Origin: Candidatus Krumholzibacteriia bacterium
GTDB lineage: Bacteria; Krumholzibacteriota; Krumholzibacteriia; Krumholzibacteriales; Krumholzibacteriaceae
Length of the DNA: 64,000 nucleotides
NCBI GenBank assembly: GCA_963836185.1
Contig: CAWIIQ010000002.1
Location: 330,144-394,143, forward strand
Direction of reading: 5' to 3'
The notes beneath the pieces were generated by a model. It was not told the origin of the DNA. It was given only the letters and a program-made list of their open reading frames with translations, and made no database searches. The position numbers and the translations under genes are program-made. Each line of letters opens with the position of its first letter. Within the stretch, counting starts at the first letter, position 1. Shown here one piece after another: positions 61,961 to 64,000 of this stretch.

Positions 61961-64000
61961 ATGGGTAACCGTCCCCTGTTATCCCTTTTGATAGTGTCCC
62001 TCCTCGTGTCTCTCTCTTTCGGCGCGTTCTCGAAGGACAAGAGGTATGACCACTACGACAAACTGAAGGACCCCGACAGGATCTGGGTGCTGGACTGCTC
62101 CGCGATCCATAATGTCGGCAATCTCCACATGAACGTTACGAACTGGGGATGCTTCGGCTCTTACCCGGGCTCGACGCAGCCGACCGCCGAGTGCCCGTCC
62201 GCACAGTGGCCGGCGAACTCGGGGGTGGAGCATCTTTTTATCGCCGGGCTCTGGGTGGGCGCTAGAAAGGGAGGGATCCCGGTCGTGTCAACGGCCGCGT
62301 TCGAGAGGGAGTTCAGGCCGCCGGGAAACGAGGATCCACTGGCCAGGGTCTACGAGTCGTTCGAGGGGATCTCCGGCGGGGCCCGTCTGCCGGCGCCAGC
62401 GGACGACGACAACGATGGCCGGAGTGATGAGGACTGGAGGAACGGAGTCGACGACGACAACGATGGTGTCATCGACGAGGACTTCGCGGCGATCAGCCAG
62501 CAGATGTTCACCTGCTGGTTCACCGACGACCACCCCCAGGCGTCAGTCGTCAATCCCGAGCACGTCCCGCTCCATCTCTTCGTACGCCAGGAGAGCTACC
62601 AGTGGGAGGACGAGCAGTTCTACGATTTCGTGGGAGCCGAGTACCGGATACTCAACTATGGGCACGATATAATCGAAGATCTGTACATAGGGTTCTTTGC
62701 CGATGGCGATGTGGGGCCGAGGACCGACGATGAATACGCGCAGGACGACTGCACCGGGCTGTGGCAGGGATTGAGATGCGCGCAGCGCGGCGACATCCTC
62801 GTTCCCGTCTACATAAGCGTCGCCTACTTCTTCGACTGCGACGGCGATAACGGGGTGACGCCGGGATATTTCGGGATACTCTTCCTCAACCATGACATCG
62901 ACCCGCTCGGAGATAACGCACCCGCGACAGTCGGCATCACATCATACCAGAATTTTTCGGGCGACCAGCCGTTCGAGAACGGCGGTGATCCCAACGACGA
63001 CTACCAGCGGTATGACCTGATGAGCCGGACGAACTTCGACCGCAACGCCGAGGTGCCCCGCGACTACAGGATGCTGATGGCGACAGGGCCCTTCAGGGAA
63101 CTGCTCCCCGACAGCCAGATGGTCCTGCAGGTCGCTTTCGTATCGGGGTACGGCCTCGAGGGGATGCTCGACGCCGCCGCAAGTGCCGTGATGGTCTTCG
63201 AGGGGAACTGGTTCAATGTCGACGGCAACCCTCTCACCGGGATCGACGGGAGGGAGACTCCTGTATACGGGCCGGTCAGTGAGATCGATCCCGATACGTG
63301 CGACACCGATTTTTCACTCCAGTCGGCGACAAGGGGAGAGATCATCTGGGTCAACGCCGATTGCGGCAGGGAGAGAGAACTATTCGACAGCAGGATGCTA
63401 TGCGGTACGAGCGCCGCGACGCAGGAGGATTTCCAGACGGGAACGCTCGGGCGGGAGACGAATGTCAAGTGGCTCGTAGGTACCGCTCCTCCGCCTCCGC
63501 AGATGAGGATCCTGCCGGGTGACCACAGGATAACGATCCTGTGGGACAACTTCAGCGAGTCGACACCCGACCCGAGCACGCTGCAGTACGACTTCGAGGG
63601 ATACCGCGTATGGCGCGCCGACGGATGGCACCGCCCTGTCGGGACATCTGTCCAGACAGGACCGGCAAGGGACCTCTGGCAGCTCCTCGATGAACGTGAC
63701 CTTATAAACGGGATCGGAGCCGACAGGGAGTTCCAGATGCCGATCTCCCAGGGAGGCTGGGAGTACGAGCCGCTTACCGGGCTTGAGGGCCGCGAAGCTT
63801 TCATGGAATACTTCGAGGAAAACCTCATCCATTTTCCGCTCGAGGACGTGCCCTGTCCCCCGGGCCTGACCGGGGAAGAGTGCGACACGTTAGAGGCGCT
63901 GGCGAGGTATGGACTCGGCTACGACGGCGGCACCAGGTACTACAAATTCACGGACGATTCCGTTCACAACGGCCTTCACTATTTTTACAGCATCACCGCC
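61961..64000 (+). CDS. Large secreted protein (5' part, >680 aa, runs off window) with Asp-rich Ca-binding-like repeats and FN3-like region
   Basis: Not in the ORF track because no stop is reached. SD AAGGAG. Translation MGNRPLLSLLIVSLLVSLSFGAFS..HNVGNLHMNVTNWG..QWPANSG.EHLF.AGLWVG..DDDNDGRSDED..DDDNDGVIDED..DFEGYRVWRA..VHNGLHYFYSITA. Confidence 0.8.
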   Translation, partial: MGNRPLLSLLIVSLLVSLSFGAFSKDKRYDHYDKLKDPDRIWVLDCSAIHNVGNLHMNVTNWGCFGSYPGSTQPTAECPSAQWPANSGVEHLFIAGLWVGARKGGIPVVSTAAFEREFRPPGNEDPLARVYESFEGISGGARLPAPADDDNDGRSDEDWRNGVDDDNDGVIDEDFAAISQQMFTCWFTDDHPQASVVNPEHVPLHLFVRQESYQWEDEQFYDFVGAEYRILNYGHDIIEDLYIGFFADGDVGPRTDDEYAQDDCTGLWQGLRCAQRGDILVPVYISVAYFFDCDGDNGVTPGYFGILFLNHDIDPLGDNAPATVGITSYQNFSGDQPFENGGDPNDDYQRYDLMSRTNFDRNAEVPRDYRMLMATGPFRELLPDSQMVLQVAFVSGYGLEGMLDAAASAVMVFEGNWFNVDGNPLTGIDGRETPVYGPVSEIDPDTCDTDFSLQSATRGEIIWVNADCGRERELFDSRMLCGTSAATQEDFQTGTLGRETNVKWLVGTAPPPPQMRILPGDHRITILWDNFSESTPDPSTLQYDFEGYRVWRADGWHRPVGTSVQTGPARDLWQLLDERDLINGIGADREFQMPISQGGWEYEPLTGLEGREAFMEYFEENLIHFPLEDVPCPPGLTGEECDTLEALARYGLGYDGGTRYYKFTDDSVHNGLHYFYSITA

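Noticed and set aside
62402-62470. 17-nt direct repeat as a CRISPR remnant
   Set aside because: There are only two copies, in frame within a CDS encoding Asp-rich motifs, and no cas genes.

Overview
GC-rich bacterial chromosome segment. It is most likely from the FCB superphylum outside Bacteroidota (Krumholzibacteriota/Latescibacterota-like). This is an inference from SprA, FlgD-Ig-type T9SS C-terminal domains and a WGAIK C-terminal motif. Housekeeping blocks: lptF (partial), sprA plus a glutaminyl-cyclase-like M28 lipoprotein, rimP-nusA-infB-DUF503-rbfA-nrnA-truB-ribF-rpsO-pnp-M16-dut-deacetylase, a TPR/DUF4388 pair, asnS, TPR-uvrA-gcvTHPaPb-lipoate ligase-oppBCDF, a trpR-like gene, tag, and a complete, probably Na+-coupled A/V-type ATPase operon. 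A secreted protein missed by the ORF track runs off the right end. The most interesting part is a five-gene secreted-protein cluster (26085-35332). It has two Cys-rich paralogues, a 1951-aa beta-helix/cohesin/FN3/dockerin protein and two stand-alone cohesin-like proteins. Each of the five ends in either a classical T9SS CTD or a conserved short TEE(S/T)(S/T)WGAIK tail. This suggests a cellulosome-like surface assembly exported with two alternative C-terminal sorting signals. Many single-base frameshifts in core genes look like sequencing errors. No rRNA, tRNA, CRISPR array or mobile element was recognised.
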